From Eledone cirrhosa (lineage: Eukaryota): DNA of 64,000 nt. Numbering within the stretch: the stretch's first letter is position 1; each line of letters begins with the position of its first letter. The notes below the pieces were generated by a model. It was not told the DNA's origin, searched no databases, and saw only the letters and a list, made by a program, of their open reading frames with translations. Shown one piece after another: positions 12,011 to 25,592 of the stretch. A program made the translations under genes and the position numbers. Location: NCBI GenBank assembly GCA_964016885.1, contig OZ024752.1, forward strand, positions 7,750,001 through 7,814,000, read 5' to 3'.

Positions 12011-12994
12011 GGCTCAACGTGCTGCTTGCAGTGCATGAGTGCATGGATATAGTGACTTAATGTTAGACAAAATAATGGTTTACAAGGCCAGCAATTTTGG
12101 AAGAGGGGAAGTCGATTAAATCAACCCCAGTGTGTTACTGGTACTTTATTTTATCAACGTCAAGAATGAAAGGCAAAGCTAATCTCAGCGGGATTTGAAC
12201 TGAGAATGTAAAAGGTAATATTCAAGTGAAACAAAAGGAGAGGGAGAGACTCTACACCCCAGTTTCAGTGTTGATTCAGCTGTGCCCCACAGACAGAATA
12301 GCCAGTGATAGCCACTGCATCAGCCACACAGCCTTAGACAGGCTCCTGTCTTTCCAATTTTATGGAGGAAATTGCAGTGCAGGGACCAAGGACACCAGAA
12401 GTTTCGACAGAGTACGGTAGAAAAAGGAAACAGTCAGTGAAGCCCTGGTATTTGTGGTTTTGAGTACATTACATTCAAACATACACATAAATCTCTGTTT
12501 ATCCATGCTAGCACAAGTTGTACAAGTCATTATAGACCAAATCTTAATTAGAGCTACAGTCCTAGGTATGCCGGGGACTATATCTTGTTCACATACATCC
12601 TAGTTTTGGTGTATTTTCTAATGCTGGGTGTTCTTCCTAATACCAACCACTTTACAGAGTGTACTGGGTGCATGTTATCATTGTGACACCAACACTAACC
12701 ACTTTAGAGAGTGTACTGGGTGCATGTTATCATTGTAACACCAGCACTACCACTTTACAGAGTACTGGGTGCATGTTACCATTGTGACACCAGCACTACA
12801 GAAGTTATGTCCTTAACACAACTGAGTTCTCTGGACCCTTTGTTTGGCATGGTCTCTGGAGCTGAATGCATTTCATATCTCCAACCATGATATATAAGAA
12901 CAGAGAGAGAGATGATTACTTTAAATGTTTAACTAGTTGAAATGTAAATATCTACAGATTATGTTAAGTGTTCCCAGTTAGGAATCCTGTAGAC

Positions 12995-13282
12995 TAGTCA
13001 TGTCAAACATGTGGCCCACACAAAGGTTTTTACAGTGTGAGCGTAATATAAAATATTAGTTGTAATGTGCACAATTAGTTGTCATGTGTGGCCCTCAGAC
13101 AACATGTGACCCATGTGACCCTCAGACAACACATACGCGGCCCTCAGACAACACAGATGCGATCCATGTGGCCGTCAGACAACACATGTGACCCATGTGG
13201 CCCTCAGACCACATATGCAACCCATGTGGCTCTCAGACAACACATATGTGGCCCTTGAGGGCCCCTCAGTTTGACATGCCTG
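12995..13282. mobile_element. hAT (Charlie-like) non-autonomous element
   Basis: TIRs TAGTCATGTCAAAC / GTTTGACATGCCTG; 8-bp TSD CTGTAGAC/CTGTAGAG; internal subterminal repeats. Confidence 0.8.
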
Positions 13283-14044
13283 CTGTAGAGAACTTCTCCC
13301 TCCATTCTTCCATCCCTTATTTTCATTATGTGGTTTACAATTTAAACAGGAACCATGAAGAGAGAGAGCTTAGTCTATTCTTTTACTCTTTTACCTGTTC
13401 CAGCCATTTTTCTGAGGCCATGCTGGGGCACCACCCTTGTTGCTACACATTCTATTTCCAACCTGTGTTGGCTGGCCATTGGTGTAAAAGGGAGTTTGTT
13501 GCTGCTACCTTTAGGTTACTTTCGTACCATGTTGTGGGATCATCCGGGATCCTGAATAGCAGAGTGTCAAGATGTTTCTTGAAAACATGTCCACACCATG
13601 CAGATCTCTCAAATATCTTGACAGCTTGTTGAAGAGTTGAGGGTCTTTGAACCCCAGACTATTGCAATATCTGCTCCTTACTCTAGGTGTTTATAAGTTG
13701 TTTACAGTTTAAACAGGAATCCTGTGGAGAACTTCTTTTTTATTTTCATTATATTGTTTATATTTTAGTTATGAGGTTTATATTGTCATTATGTGGTTTA
13801 TATTGTCATTATGTTGTTTATATTGTTATATAAGGGCGGTGGATTAGCAGTATCGGTAGAGGGTCGGACGCCATGCTTTGCAGCAAAGAGTGACGGCCCT
13901 TTATGATCTGAGTTCAAATCCTGCTGAGGTTAACTTTGCCTTTCATCCTTACGGGGGTCGATAAAATAAAGTACCAGTAATGCACTGGGTAATTGCTGGC
14001 CTTGTGCCAAAAAAGTAGAAACAATTATGTTTATATTGTTATTA

Positions 14045-15150
14045 TAATAATAATAATAATGAAATATTGTGTACAGTGCTCAGGTGCACTACAACTCATC
14101 AAAAAGTGTATGTATAGTACATAGGGTAATGTACAAACATCAGGAAAATGAACAGTGCATGAGTCATGATACACACATGTGTGCATGTGTATGGAAGGGG
14201 TACATAAGGTGTAGTTTTGGCGTATTTCGGGAAGCATGAGTGTCTTAAAGGATGCAGTGTCTCGGCAGCTAACAACTGACGCAGGCAGTTTGCTCCATGC
14301 TTCAGCAACTCTGAGCGTGAAAAAATGTTTATGAAAGTCATGGGAGCTGTGCTGTTTTCTGATTTTGTAGGCATGTCCACGTGTGTTAGACACATGGAGA
14401 TCAAAAAGGTGCTCAGGGTTGCATTGGCGAGATGGTTAATAACTTTGTGGGTATTCACCAAGTCCATTGCCAGACGTCGGAGCTTCAATGAATCCATGCC
14501 CAGGGAAGCAAGGCGTTCAGAGTATGGTAGGTGTCTGATGGAGGGTATGCGCTTGGTTGCACGTCTCTGAACAGTTTCCAGGAGGTCAGTGTTCTGAGCA
14601 AGATAGGGGTTCCAGACTGATGATGCGAATTCCAAGTGTGGTCGTACCATAGCTGTATGCAGTTTTAAATAGATGGCTGGAGAGCGGCTAACAAAGGTCT
14701 TGCTGAGTGATGCCAAGATACCCTCGGCCTTCTTGACAATCTTAGAGACATGCTTTGTCTAACGCAAATTGCTGCTGACAGTAATGCCCAGGTCATGTTT
14801 ACAAGAGGACTTCTTGATATCAGTGTTGTGGAGGGAGTATGTGGACGCTGGATTTTTCCTCCCAAAATGCATGGTGGTACACTTGTCCACAGCCAGCTTC
14901 AGTTGCCAGTCTGTGATCCATTGCTGCATTGTGTCCAGGTCTGATTGTAGGAAAGAGTTGTAGATTTCAGGATCAGTCCTTTTGATTTCAAGGTACAGCT
15001 TGATGTCATCTGCATATTTCAGTACCGTGGCATTCTGTAAGTTGGCATCTATGTCATTAATATATGCCACAAACAAAAGGGGACCAAGAACAGATCCCTG
15101 TGGTACACCAGATGACATCTCATATGGTGAAGAATGCTGTCCTAGAACCG
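14045..15150 (-). mobile_element. CR1-clade LINE, 5'-truncated, with (TTA)n tail
   Basis: RT motifs SGVPQGSVLGPLLF, YADD and VRPHLEFASSVWNPY...LETVQRRATK; frameshifted. Confidence 0.9.
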
Positions 15151-16437
15151 TGTTGTTTATGTTGTTTATATTGTCATTATGTTTATATTTTAGCTATGTA
15201 GTTTATATTTTCATTATGTTGTTTATATTGTCATTATGTGGTTTATATTGTCATTATATAGTTTATATTTTCATTATGTTGTTTATATTGCCATTATGTG
15301 GTTTATATTGCCATTATGTTGTTTATATTGTTTACAATCTAAACAAATAAAACAATAAAAACTAATGTCAAATCTGTTTTATTGTTTCTTATATTTGAGA
15401 TATTCACTTTTATTAGCTCTCTCTCTCACACTCTCTCCCACACATACTCTTACTCTCTCTCACACACACTCTCTTTCTCCCACTCTCTCCCACACACACT
15501 CCCCCTCTACCCCCACACACTCTCTTTCACATACAATCTCCCCCTCATACATATCTGTAAATAGCCTATATCATATATCTACGGTCACCCACAACTCCAG
15601 TTGCAATAACGGTCAGTTATACGACACATTAGTTATAATATATTATATTATCATCTACATTATATCAAAGAATGTTTCTAAATATTTCTTATTCCATTTA
15701 TTCCTTATAAACAACAACAGCAATAACAATGGTGATCTAGTAGTCACCTGCTGGCACCTAGATATCTAATTGGTCATTTGTACTAGATAGCTGGCTTTAC
15801 TCATAAACTGGCCATTCACTATAACCGAGACACTCGTAATCACAGCTCTTCATATATATATACATATATATATATAAATGTGTGTATGTATATCTTATCG
15901 TTTGGTGATTCTTCACGTGACTCCATTCCAGCAATCGACAGCTCAATATGCCTGACCCCTCTCCGTCCAGGAGAGACAGATATAGGTCGGTCATTCATTA
16001 CCATTAACTTCTCTTGCAATCTCTCTCTCTCTCTTTTTTTCTCACTATTTCTCTCGTTTTCTTTTGTTTACTTAAAATGTTTATAATAGCTATATCCGCT
16101 TTCCATTTTCTATATATTTCTTACTTCTGTCCAATTTAGCAACTTAACACTGATCGTCAGCAATTTTCTATGCAACGCAACTTGAGAATGAAAGAAAAAA
16201 AAAAAAGAAAGATATTATGAATGGAATTTCCTAGTTGCTTTGATTGTAAAACTTATTATCAATGAAGAAAGACAAATGTATTGTGTTAAAGAACTTCGTT
16301 GTTTGTTTATAATATGAGCAGTTCAACATGAAGGCGATTGTTTATGTTAGGTAATGAATTATCACAGCATAACCCGAGTTATGAGTGAAAGTTGAGCTGA
16401 TTAATGGTTTTTCTTTATTATGATAGGAGACAGGGCA

Positions 16438-16476
16438 CCGGCGGAAGTGGGGGAACCGTGCAATGGCGAGGTAATC
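16438..16476 (+). promoter_or_regulatory. Candidate promoter/first exon (ETS-like GGCGGAAGTG, YY1-like CAATGGCG, donor GAG|GTAATC)
   Basis: Short GC/CpG-rich island in otherwise AT-rich unique sequence; motif matches only. Confidence 0.4.
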
Positions 16477-17863
16477 AAAGGAAAGACAACTCTTATTCAT
16501 GTTTGTTGAGTTGAGTCAGGGCTTTGATAAATGGTAGTAGTAAGAGGAGACAACAGTCTTTCTCCCTCTCTCTTGACATCTGTTAGTCGAAGTGGGACAG
16601 AGAGAGAGAAAGTAAAGTAAAGTAGAGGGAGAGAGAAAGTAAAGTATAGTAGAGAGAGGGGGAGAGGAAGGAATAAAGAGCTGTAGGTTAAATTATGGAA
16701 GGAGCTAAGTGGCGGCTGAGAGGATATTTGCTGTAAGGCAGCCCAGAAAACATAACACAATATGCCATAAATATATATATATACATATTTATATATATGT
16801 CTTTCAGTGCCGATGACAATTAATACTCGCATCTGGCTCGTTTCTTTATCATTAATACAGTCTTGTACACATTTCTAGCAGCCCATCCATAGTGTGGCTG
16901 AGGGCTTCGTTTCTTTCTATGAAAGGGACTAGGCTTATTCCTATCAAAGACTAATCTCTCTCTCTCTCTCTCTACACATACATAGATACACACACACACA
17001 CACCACATACACACACCACACTCAGATACACATATATTTATACACACATATATCTACACACATATATCTGTGTATATATACACAGGTATATATATATGTG
17101 TGTTCTTTCTCCGTCAATCAAACGACAAACTATTGCGAGGACCTTTTACAAATGACGATGACGACCACCAAGGAAATTATCGAATGATATGAAACAACAC
17201 CAACAAAAGGAAGAAGAAATGAAAGGAAAAAAAGAGGCAATTTTCTCTGAATTACACAACAATGAGTGTATATATGAGGAATGAGTATTAATATTAATAT
17301 ATCTGACGAGTGTATATATATATGAAGGCTGGGTTTGTGTTAGGAGAGATCCAGTGTTCTTGTCTTCTGCACAACATTTCGTCCCAGATATAACTCAACA
17401 GACGATGAACAAATATAACCTGTACGTATTATATATACCACATTCTTGCTATATATACACACATTTATACACGCACACACACACATGTATATATATAAAG
17501 ATATATACCACATTCTTGCTACATATACACACATTTATATATATATACATGCATACATACATATATATATACATATATATAGGTGTGTAGATATATATCA
17601 CATTCTTTATATATATATATACACATTTATATATACATATATGTAGAATATTTATATGAAGATATATATATATATCACCTATTGTTTCTCTATATACACT
17701 CATTTATATATATATATTTATGTAGAGTATTATATATGTATATATATATATAGTAATAATAATAAATTTGATGACTAAAATCCAAAGAGGGCTCGATAAG
17801 GATAAATATATATCAAATATATAAGAACCGTAGAGCAAATATTTATTAAACTTTAATCTGTTA

Positions 17864-17915
<52 letters not shown>

Positions 17916-17916
17916 A

Positions 17917-17957
<41 letters not shown>

Positions 17958-18106
17958 GAAGATATATCACGTAGTTTCTCTATATACACACACACACATA
18001 TATATATATGCATTTATATCTGTAGAATATTATAAATATATATATATATATAATGACGATATGCATCACGTATTACTTCTATATACATATATATATATAT
18101 GTAATA

Positions 18107-18271
18107 TTTAATATAGAAATGAGTTCCTACAGGACTAGAACTGTTTCATTCGAAGGAAATCACCAGGAATGAAACACTTCTAGTCCTGTAGAAGCCATTT
18201 CTATATTAAACCTTGTTTACACTGTACTAATGTATTGAGTACCTTCCTGTGGTTACCTCCGATTGACCCCT

Positions 18272-18273
<2 letters not shown>
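18107..18273. mobile_element. Fold-back element, family A (degenerate hammerhead arms)
   Basis: Inverted repeat 18107-18210 plus a tail shared with 38398-38463 and ~61920-62000. Confidence 0.65.
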
Positions 18274-18321
<48 letters not shown>

Positions 18322-18365
18322 CAGAATATTAATAAATGGAGACATTCACGTAATCAGAATATATG

Positions 18366-18427
18366 TTTTATTATATATATTTCGGAGGTACTGTGCTGTT
18401 TTTTCAGTACGTCCTCATCAGATAAAA
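18366..18427 (-). ncRNA. Type I hammerhead ribozyme, family C (left arm of fold-back)
   Basis: Reverse complement: TTTTAT-CTGATGA-GGACGTACTG/loop/CAGTACCTCC-GAAA-T/ATAT/A-TA-ATAAAA. Confidence 0.75.
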
Positions 18428-18518
18428 TACATAAATTGATGTATGACATACCTCAACTGTGCCAAGACTGGAATTGAACCATCAAGACAGTTGAGGTATT
18501 CATACATCAATTTATATA

Positions 18519-18580
18519 TTTTATCTGATGAGGACGTACTGAGGAAACAGCACAGTACCTCCGAAATATATATAATAAAA
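18519..18580 (+). ncRNA. Type I hammerhead ribozyme, family C (right arm of fold-back)
   Basis: TTTTAT-CTGATGA-GGACGTACTG/AGGAAACAGCA/CAGTACCTCC-GAAA-T/ATAT/A-TA-ATAAAA; minimal palindromic stem III. Confidence 0.75.
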
Positions 18581-18775
18581 CATATTTTGATTATGAATGT
18601 CTCCATTTATTAATATTTTGAATAATATTAATAACTCCAGAAAACTTCTTTGTTGAGTGCTTTTAATCTATTGTAAAACTGGATTCATTGAGTAATCAAT
18701 GAACCGTGTTTAACATTTGGTTATATATGTATATATATGTATGTGTGTGTGTCCCTCCAATATATTACCAATCCA

Positions 18776-18820
<45 letters not shown>

Positions 18821-19680
18821 CACCAACCAGTCTTCAACAATTCCTATTATTTAAACAATATATAGAAATGTTGAGATATTTCTATAAATCTGTCTTATTA
18901 CCACAGTTGTTACAGTATTACAGTATTGTACATTGTTGTCACATTGTTATTACTACATTATTACTACATTATTACATTATTGCTATTGTTATTACAGTTA
19001 ACTTTGCCTTTCATCCTTACGGGGTCGATAAAATAAAGTACCAGTAATACACTGGGTATTTTGCTGGTCTTGTGCCTAACGTAGAAAGAATTATTACAAT
19101 ATTACAATAGTATTATTACATTATTACAGTATTATTACATTATTATTACAGTATTGCTACATTGTTATTACAATATTAGTACAGTATTGACATTATTACA
19201 GTATTGACATTATTACATTATTGCTACATTATTATTGCATTATTACATTATTGTTACAGTATTACAATGTTATTACAGTATTACTAATGTAACAGTAATG
19301 CAATAATATTGTTACATTAATATTACAGTATTATTATTGCATTATTACATTATTACTTCATTGTTATTACTACATTATGACATTATTATTGCATTGTTAT
19401 TACATTATTATTACATCATTACTGCATTATTATTACTACATTATGACTACATTACTACATTATTATATTATTACTACATTATATTGTTGCATAATTATTA
19501 TTAGATTATCTTACAGTATTACTACGTTATTACTACGTTATTATTACGTTATTACGTTATTACTACGTTATTCCATTAATATTATATTGTCTCATTACAA
19601 GGAATTACTTGACTTAGGAACCAATAATGATTTCTTAATGATGACAAATCATTAAAGAATCTAATTACTGTTATTGGACG

Positions 19681-20784
19681 GTATGTGATGTTGTGGGGTT
19701 CATTACTACCCCAGGCCATTACTGGTATCACTGGTTTAAGGCCTGTTACTGTATGTGATGTTGTGGGGTTCATTCATCTCTCCAGGACATTACTGGTATC
19801 ACTGGTTTAAGGCCTGTTATTGTATGTGATGTTGTGGGGTTCATTACCACCCCAGGACATTACTGGTATCACTGGTTTAAGGCCTGTTACTGTATGTGAT
19901 GTTGTGGGGTTCATTACCACCCAGGACATTACTGGTATCACTGGTTTAAGGCCTGTTACTGTATGTGATGTTGTGGGGTTCATTCATCTCTCCAGGACAT
20001 TACTGGTATCACTGGTTTAAGGCCTGTTATTGTATGTGATGTTGTGGGGTTCATTACCACCCCAGGACATTACTGGTATCACTGGTTTAAGGCCTGTTAC
20101 TGTATGTGATGTTGTGGGGTTCATTACCACCCCAGGACATTACTGGTATCACTGGTTTAAGGCCTGTTACTGTATGTGATGTTGTGGGGTTCATTACCAC
20201 CCCAGGACATTACTGGTATCACTGGTTTAAAGCCTGTTACTGTATGTGATGTTGTGGGTTCATTACCACCCCAGGACATTACTGGTATCACTGGTTTAAA
20301 GCCTGTTACTGTATGTGATGTTGTGGGTTCATTACCACCCCAGGACATTACTGGTATCACTGATTTAAGGCCTGTTACTGTATGTGATGTTGTGGGGTTC
20401 ATTCATCTCTCCAGGACATTACTGGTATCACTGGTTTAAAGCCTGTTACTGTATGTGATGTTGTGGGGTTCATTACCACCCCAGGACATTACTGGTATCA
20501 CTGGTTTAAGGCCTGTTACTGTATGTGATGTTGTGGGGTTCATTCATCTCTCCAGGACATTACTGGTATCACTGGTTTAAAGCCTGTTACTGTATGTGAT
20601 GTTGTGGGGTTCATTACCACCCCAGGACATTACTGGTATCACTGGTTTAAGGCCTGTTACTGTATGTGATGTTGTGGGGTTCATTCATCTCTCCAGGACA
20701 TTACTGGTATCACTGGTTTAAGGCCTGTTATTGTATGTGATGTTGTGGGGTTCATTACCACCCCAGGACATTACTGGTATCACT
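19681..20784. repeat. 70/71-bp minisatellite (about 15 units, two variants)
   Basis: GTATGTGATGTTGTGGGGTTCATT(ACCACC/CATCTCT)CCAGGACATTACTGGTATCACTGGTTTAAGGCCTGTTACT. Confidence 0.95.
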
Positions 20785-20905
20785 GCTGGAGTGGTTTCAA
20801 CTTGATCGATACCTGTTCAATAGGATTTATTATTAATTACACATACATATGTATGTTTACACATATGTATTCATACATACATATACATACATACATATAC
20901 ATACA

Positions 20906-20955
<50 letters not shown>

Positions 20956-21127
20956 CCATTTCGTCAGATGTTAAAGTGTGTTCGTGTCCAATCCGGTTTA
21001 TTTACTTATATATTTATTCATTCAGATAATATATACACTATCTGGTCTGTGTATATGGGTGTGTATATATATAAATATATACACACATACACATATATAC
21101 CATATATAGATATATACGTATATATTG

Positions 21128-21195
<68 letters not shown>

Positions 21196-21642
21196 GTGTC
21201 TATGTGTGTATATATATATATATGTGTGTGTATATATATATACAGACGTATGTATTTACATATATGTATGTGTATATACACACATACATATATATATATA
21301 TATGTATGTGTGTTATAGATGGAAATATTGTCCGACTGTTTCCCACGATAATATTTTCCGATAACAGATATAAATCTATATTTCCATGTCTAAAAGGCCG
21401 TGTTATATATATATACATAATTATACACTCACACATATATATATAAGGCTATATAGGCACATATCAATGTATACGTTTCTATATATATATATATGATATA
21501 CATATATATATGTGTGCACGTATACATATATACGTGTGTAATATGTATGTGTGCATATATATATATATATTTTTATGCGTATGTATTTACACATATATGT
21601 ATACGTATATATACGTATGTGTGTACATATTTATACACGTAC

Positions 21643-21686
<44 letters not shown>

Positions 21687-21905
21687 ATGACTTTGTTAGT
21701 TTCACAAGATCCCGTTAAGGGTGAAAGCAGCGATTCTTTGCTTAAACTTTAATCTGTTATTTTAATAAATATATATATATATATTTTATTAATATTAATA
21801 TTTGTATTTTAATATTAATAACTCTGGAAAATATTTCATTGTAGAGTGCTTCCAAACTACTGTAAAACTAATTCTTTGATGTACTCATTGAATCTTGTTT
21901 AACTC

Positions 21906-21960
<55 letters not shown>

Positions 21961-22387
21961 GTATTTTGTGACGTCACTGGTGCCAAGCTGTATTGGTCAT
22001 TGCCTTTCCTTTGGACATCACCTATAGTGTATATATTGAATATATAGTGTATATAGTCTATATAGAGAGTATATAGTGTATGATGTGACGTCACTGGTGC
22101 CAAGCTGTATTGGTCATTGCTTTCCCTGGGGCAACATTGGTGACATGAAGAGGGGAGGCTGGTATGTATGGGTGACATCTGGTTTTCCACAAACAACCTT
22201 GCCTGGACTTGCTCTCTAGGTGTAAATCCCAGGGTGATTCCAGGCCAAATGGGGTCTTTATCCTTCGTATATACTTCTATAAGAAGATACTGTCACTTGA
22301 CCTGACTTGCATCAAATGGGACAACACGGCTAATCCATGGTAGCAGGGGAAATTGATGTTAAACAATGATGATGTTATATATATATA

Positions 22388-22432
<45 letters not shown>

Positions 22433-22439
22433 TACATGT

Positions 22440-24830
22440 GACTCATAATTAGCGACCTCATAGTCGGGACGAGACGTACTCGACAACAGAAGAGGACTAT
22501 CCTCAGGAGAAAAATATGGAAGCTAAAGGACCCCACAGCCAGTAATAAATTTAAAAGCATATTACTTGATGCTTTTGATAGTAAGGAAGAGCAATTAGAG
22601 TCGTACAATATAGAAGAACAGTGGGAATTCCTGAAAGCTAACCTGCTGAAGGCGACAGATGAAATCTGTGGTTGGAGCAGACCTATAGGCAGGAGGAGAG
22701 TAACTTGGTGGTGGAACAGTAAGGTGGAGGAGTCAATCAAGGCCAAAAAGCAGGCTTGGAGAGCATGGGGGAAGTAGAGAAGACTATCAAGTGGCCAGGA
22801 GGGAAGCTAGGAGACAAGTGTACTTCGCAAGAAGGGAAGCAGAGGAAAGAAAGTTCAAGCATGTTCTACAACGCGAGGACCAAAAACGTGAGGTGTTCAG
22901 GATTGCGAGGCAATGTGTCAAGGAAAACTGTGATATTGTCGGGGAGAAGTGTGTACTTAATGATGATGGCGTACTTGACATCACTGACGCTGATAAGAAG
23001 GTAGCTTGGAAGTGTCACTACGAAAGGCTACTAAATGAGGAGAATAATTGGGAGAAAGACAGTCTCCCCCACATCGATCCAATAGAGGGACCAGCAGTGC
23101 AAGTTGAAGGTAGTATAATAAGTAAGGCGATCAAAGATATAAAGACAGGCAAGGCGGCTGGGCCTTCGGAAATAGTTGCTGAAATGCTGAAAGCATCTGG
23201 AACGGTGGGACACACTATGGTCACCCGGATAGTAAACAATGTCATACAGAATGGGGTCATTCTGAAGGACTGGCATAGCAGCATCATCATTAACTGTTAC
23301 AAGGGTAAAGGAGATGCCCTAGATAGGGGAAACTATAGAGGCATTAAATTAATTGACCAGGTCATGAAGGTCACAGAAAAAGTAATAGCGCAACTAATCA
23401 GAGAGCGAATTGATCTAGATGAAATGCAGTTCGGGTTTGTGTCAGGTAAAAGTACAACAGATGCTCTTTTCATTGTACGACAACTACAGGAGAAGTACCT
23501 AGCTAAAAGTAAACCCCTATACTTAGCTTTTGTTGACTTGGAGAAAGCCTTTGACAGAATACCCCGGTCCATTATCTGGTGGGCTCTTAGAAAACTAGGT
23601 GTTGATGAATGGCTTGTGAGAACTATACAAGCCATGTATAAAGAAACAGTCAGCAAGGTTAGAATTAACAACGAATATAGTGAAGAGTTTAGCGTAAAAG
23701 TTGGTGTTCATCAGGGCTCCGTCCTTAGCCCCCTACTATTTATTATTGCCCTTCAGGCTATGACAGAGGAATTCAAGACTGGCTGCCCATGGGAACTCCT
23801 ATACACAGATGATCTAATGCTCATAGCTGAATCAATGGCTGAACTAGAGAAGAAATTCCAAACATGGAAGCATGGCCTAGAATCAAAAGGCCTTAAAATT
23901 AACCTGTCTAAGACTAAAGTTCTAGTTTGTAGGAAGGAAAATAGGGCACTGGTCCCATCTGGGAAATGGCCGTGCTCAGTGTGTAGGAAAGGAGTAGGCA
24001 GAAACTGCATTTTATGTCCCAAATGCAAAGTATGAGTGCATAATAAAAGATGTAGTGGGATCACAGGTAAGCTAACTAAGTATAGATTTTATATGTGGCC
24101 AGTGCTCAGGTGCAATAAGTAGCAGCAAGTGCCCACAATACTAGCTCATTCCATTGCACAGATGGTTCTATAGAAATAGTGGACACCTTCCGTTACCTGG
24201 GTGACAAAATCAGTAGTGGTGGAGAGTGCTCTGAAAGTACAGTAGCTAGAGTCAGAACGGGATGGAAAAAGTTCAGAGAGCTTATACCACTATTGGCCGC
24301 TAAAGGGTTCTCTCTAAAAATGAAAGGCAGGCTGTATGATACCTGCATACGAACAGCAATGTTACATGGCAGTGAGACTTGGGCATTGTGTGCAGAGGAT
24401 ATACGCAGACTGGAGAGGAACGAAGCTTGCATGCTCCGTTGGATGTGTAATAGTAATATACGTGAACGGCAAAGCATAAATGAACTAAGTAAGAAATTAG
24501 GAATAAGAGGAATTAGATGTTGTTTACTCGAGAGAAGACTACGTTGGTATGGTCACGTGATGCACATGAAAGACGACAGCTGTATAAAAAAAGTGCAGGG
24601 CGATAAAAATAGATGGTAGCCACAGAGTAGGCAGACCCAGAAAAACCTGGGACGACTTGATAAATTCCAACCTCACACACACCTCTCCAAGACAATGTCA
24701 CTGGACCGAGATCTTTGGCACTACACAGTAATACAGAAGACCCGCCTTGCCAAAGTACAAAGCGAAACCTACAGTCAGTAGGCACCTCTTAACAAAAATA
24801 CACACCCGTCCCACTACCCCCAACCCCATC
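22440..24830 (+). mobile_element. RTE-clade LINE, 5'-truncated, with degraded RT ORF
   Basis: ORFs 22791-24035 and 24179-24619 contain YKGKGD...NYRGIKL, QFGF, FVDLEKAFD, GVHQGSVLSP, LYTDD and LHGSETW. Confidence 0.92.
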
Positions 24831-25309
24831 CACACCACCCCTTTCGATGTAAAGTTATGTTGGTACCACAACACCCAGTCCGAAATAAATGCGGTTGTGT
24901 AGGTGTCACAACAAAAAAACACAGTCCACGCTGTAATGTGGCCGTGTAGGTAACACGGTAAAAACCTCCCAGTCCACACTGTAAACGTGGTTGGTGTTAG
25001 GAAGGGCATCCAGCCGTAGAAAACCTGCCAGACATCCTATACAAGCAAGACAACCAATCTTGTCTCAAGTGGGAAAATTCCCGTCCAAACCCATGCAAGC
25101 ATGGAAGATAGACGTTAAACGATGATGATGATGATGTGAGTGTACATATATATCTATATATATACATACATACATATATATAGACATACATGTGAGTGTA
25201 CATATAAATAATATAGACATTTATACATTTATACATACATATGTATAGACATACATGTAAATGTACATATATATCTATATATACATACATATACATATAT
25301 AGACATACA

Positions 25310-25343
<34 letters not shown>

Positions 25344-25592
25344 GCAATGATGATGGCGATATATATTTTCCCATTTTCTATTTTTTCATTTTTTAACTTC
25401 CCTCCTTACCCCCTCCCCCTCGCCAACCTTACTCCTCCTCGGAGTTCCTGTTCGAACTTTCCTGATGTAGGAGACTTCTGTCCGAAGCATTGAAACCTCC
25501 TCCACTTCCACCATGCTTGAACCTAATATAATTGTACAATTGTCTCTTGTGTTTTGTTCGTTCATTTTCAACTATATATATATATATATATA

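Larger units (their letters stand above)
18315..18722. mobile_element. Fold-back element, family C, between (TA)n tracts
   Basis: Arms of about 140 bp (~18315-18627) plus a one-sided tail; homologue at 58319-58640 in the opposite orientation. Confidence 0.75.

Noticed and set aside
19681-20784. CRISPR-like appearance of regular arrays (also 44835-45836)
   Set aside because: Units are contiguous and near-identical with no unique spacers or cas genes, and the context is eukaryotic.
22791-24035. 414-aa RT ORF as an active retroelement, or as the driver of the ribozyme elements
   Set aside because: It is RTE-clade, 5'-truncated and frameshifted, with LYTDD in place of YADD; it is not a Penelope-type RT.
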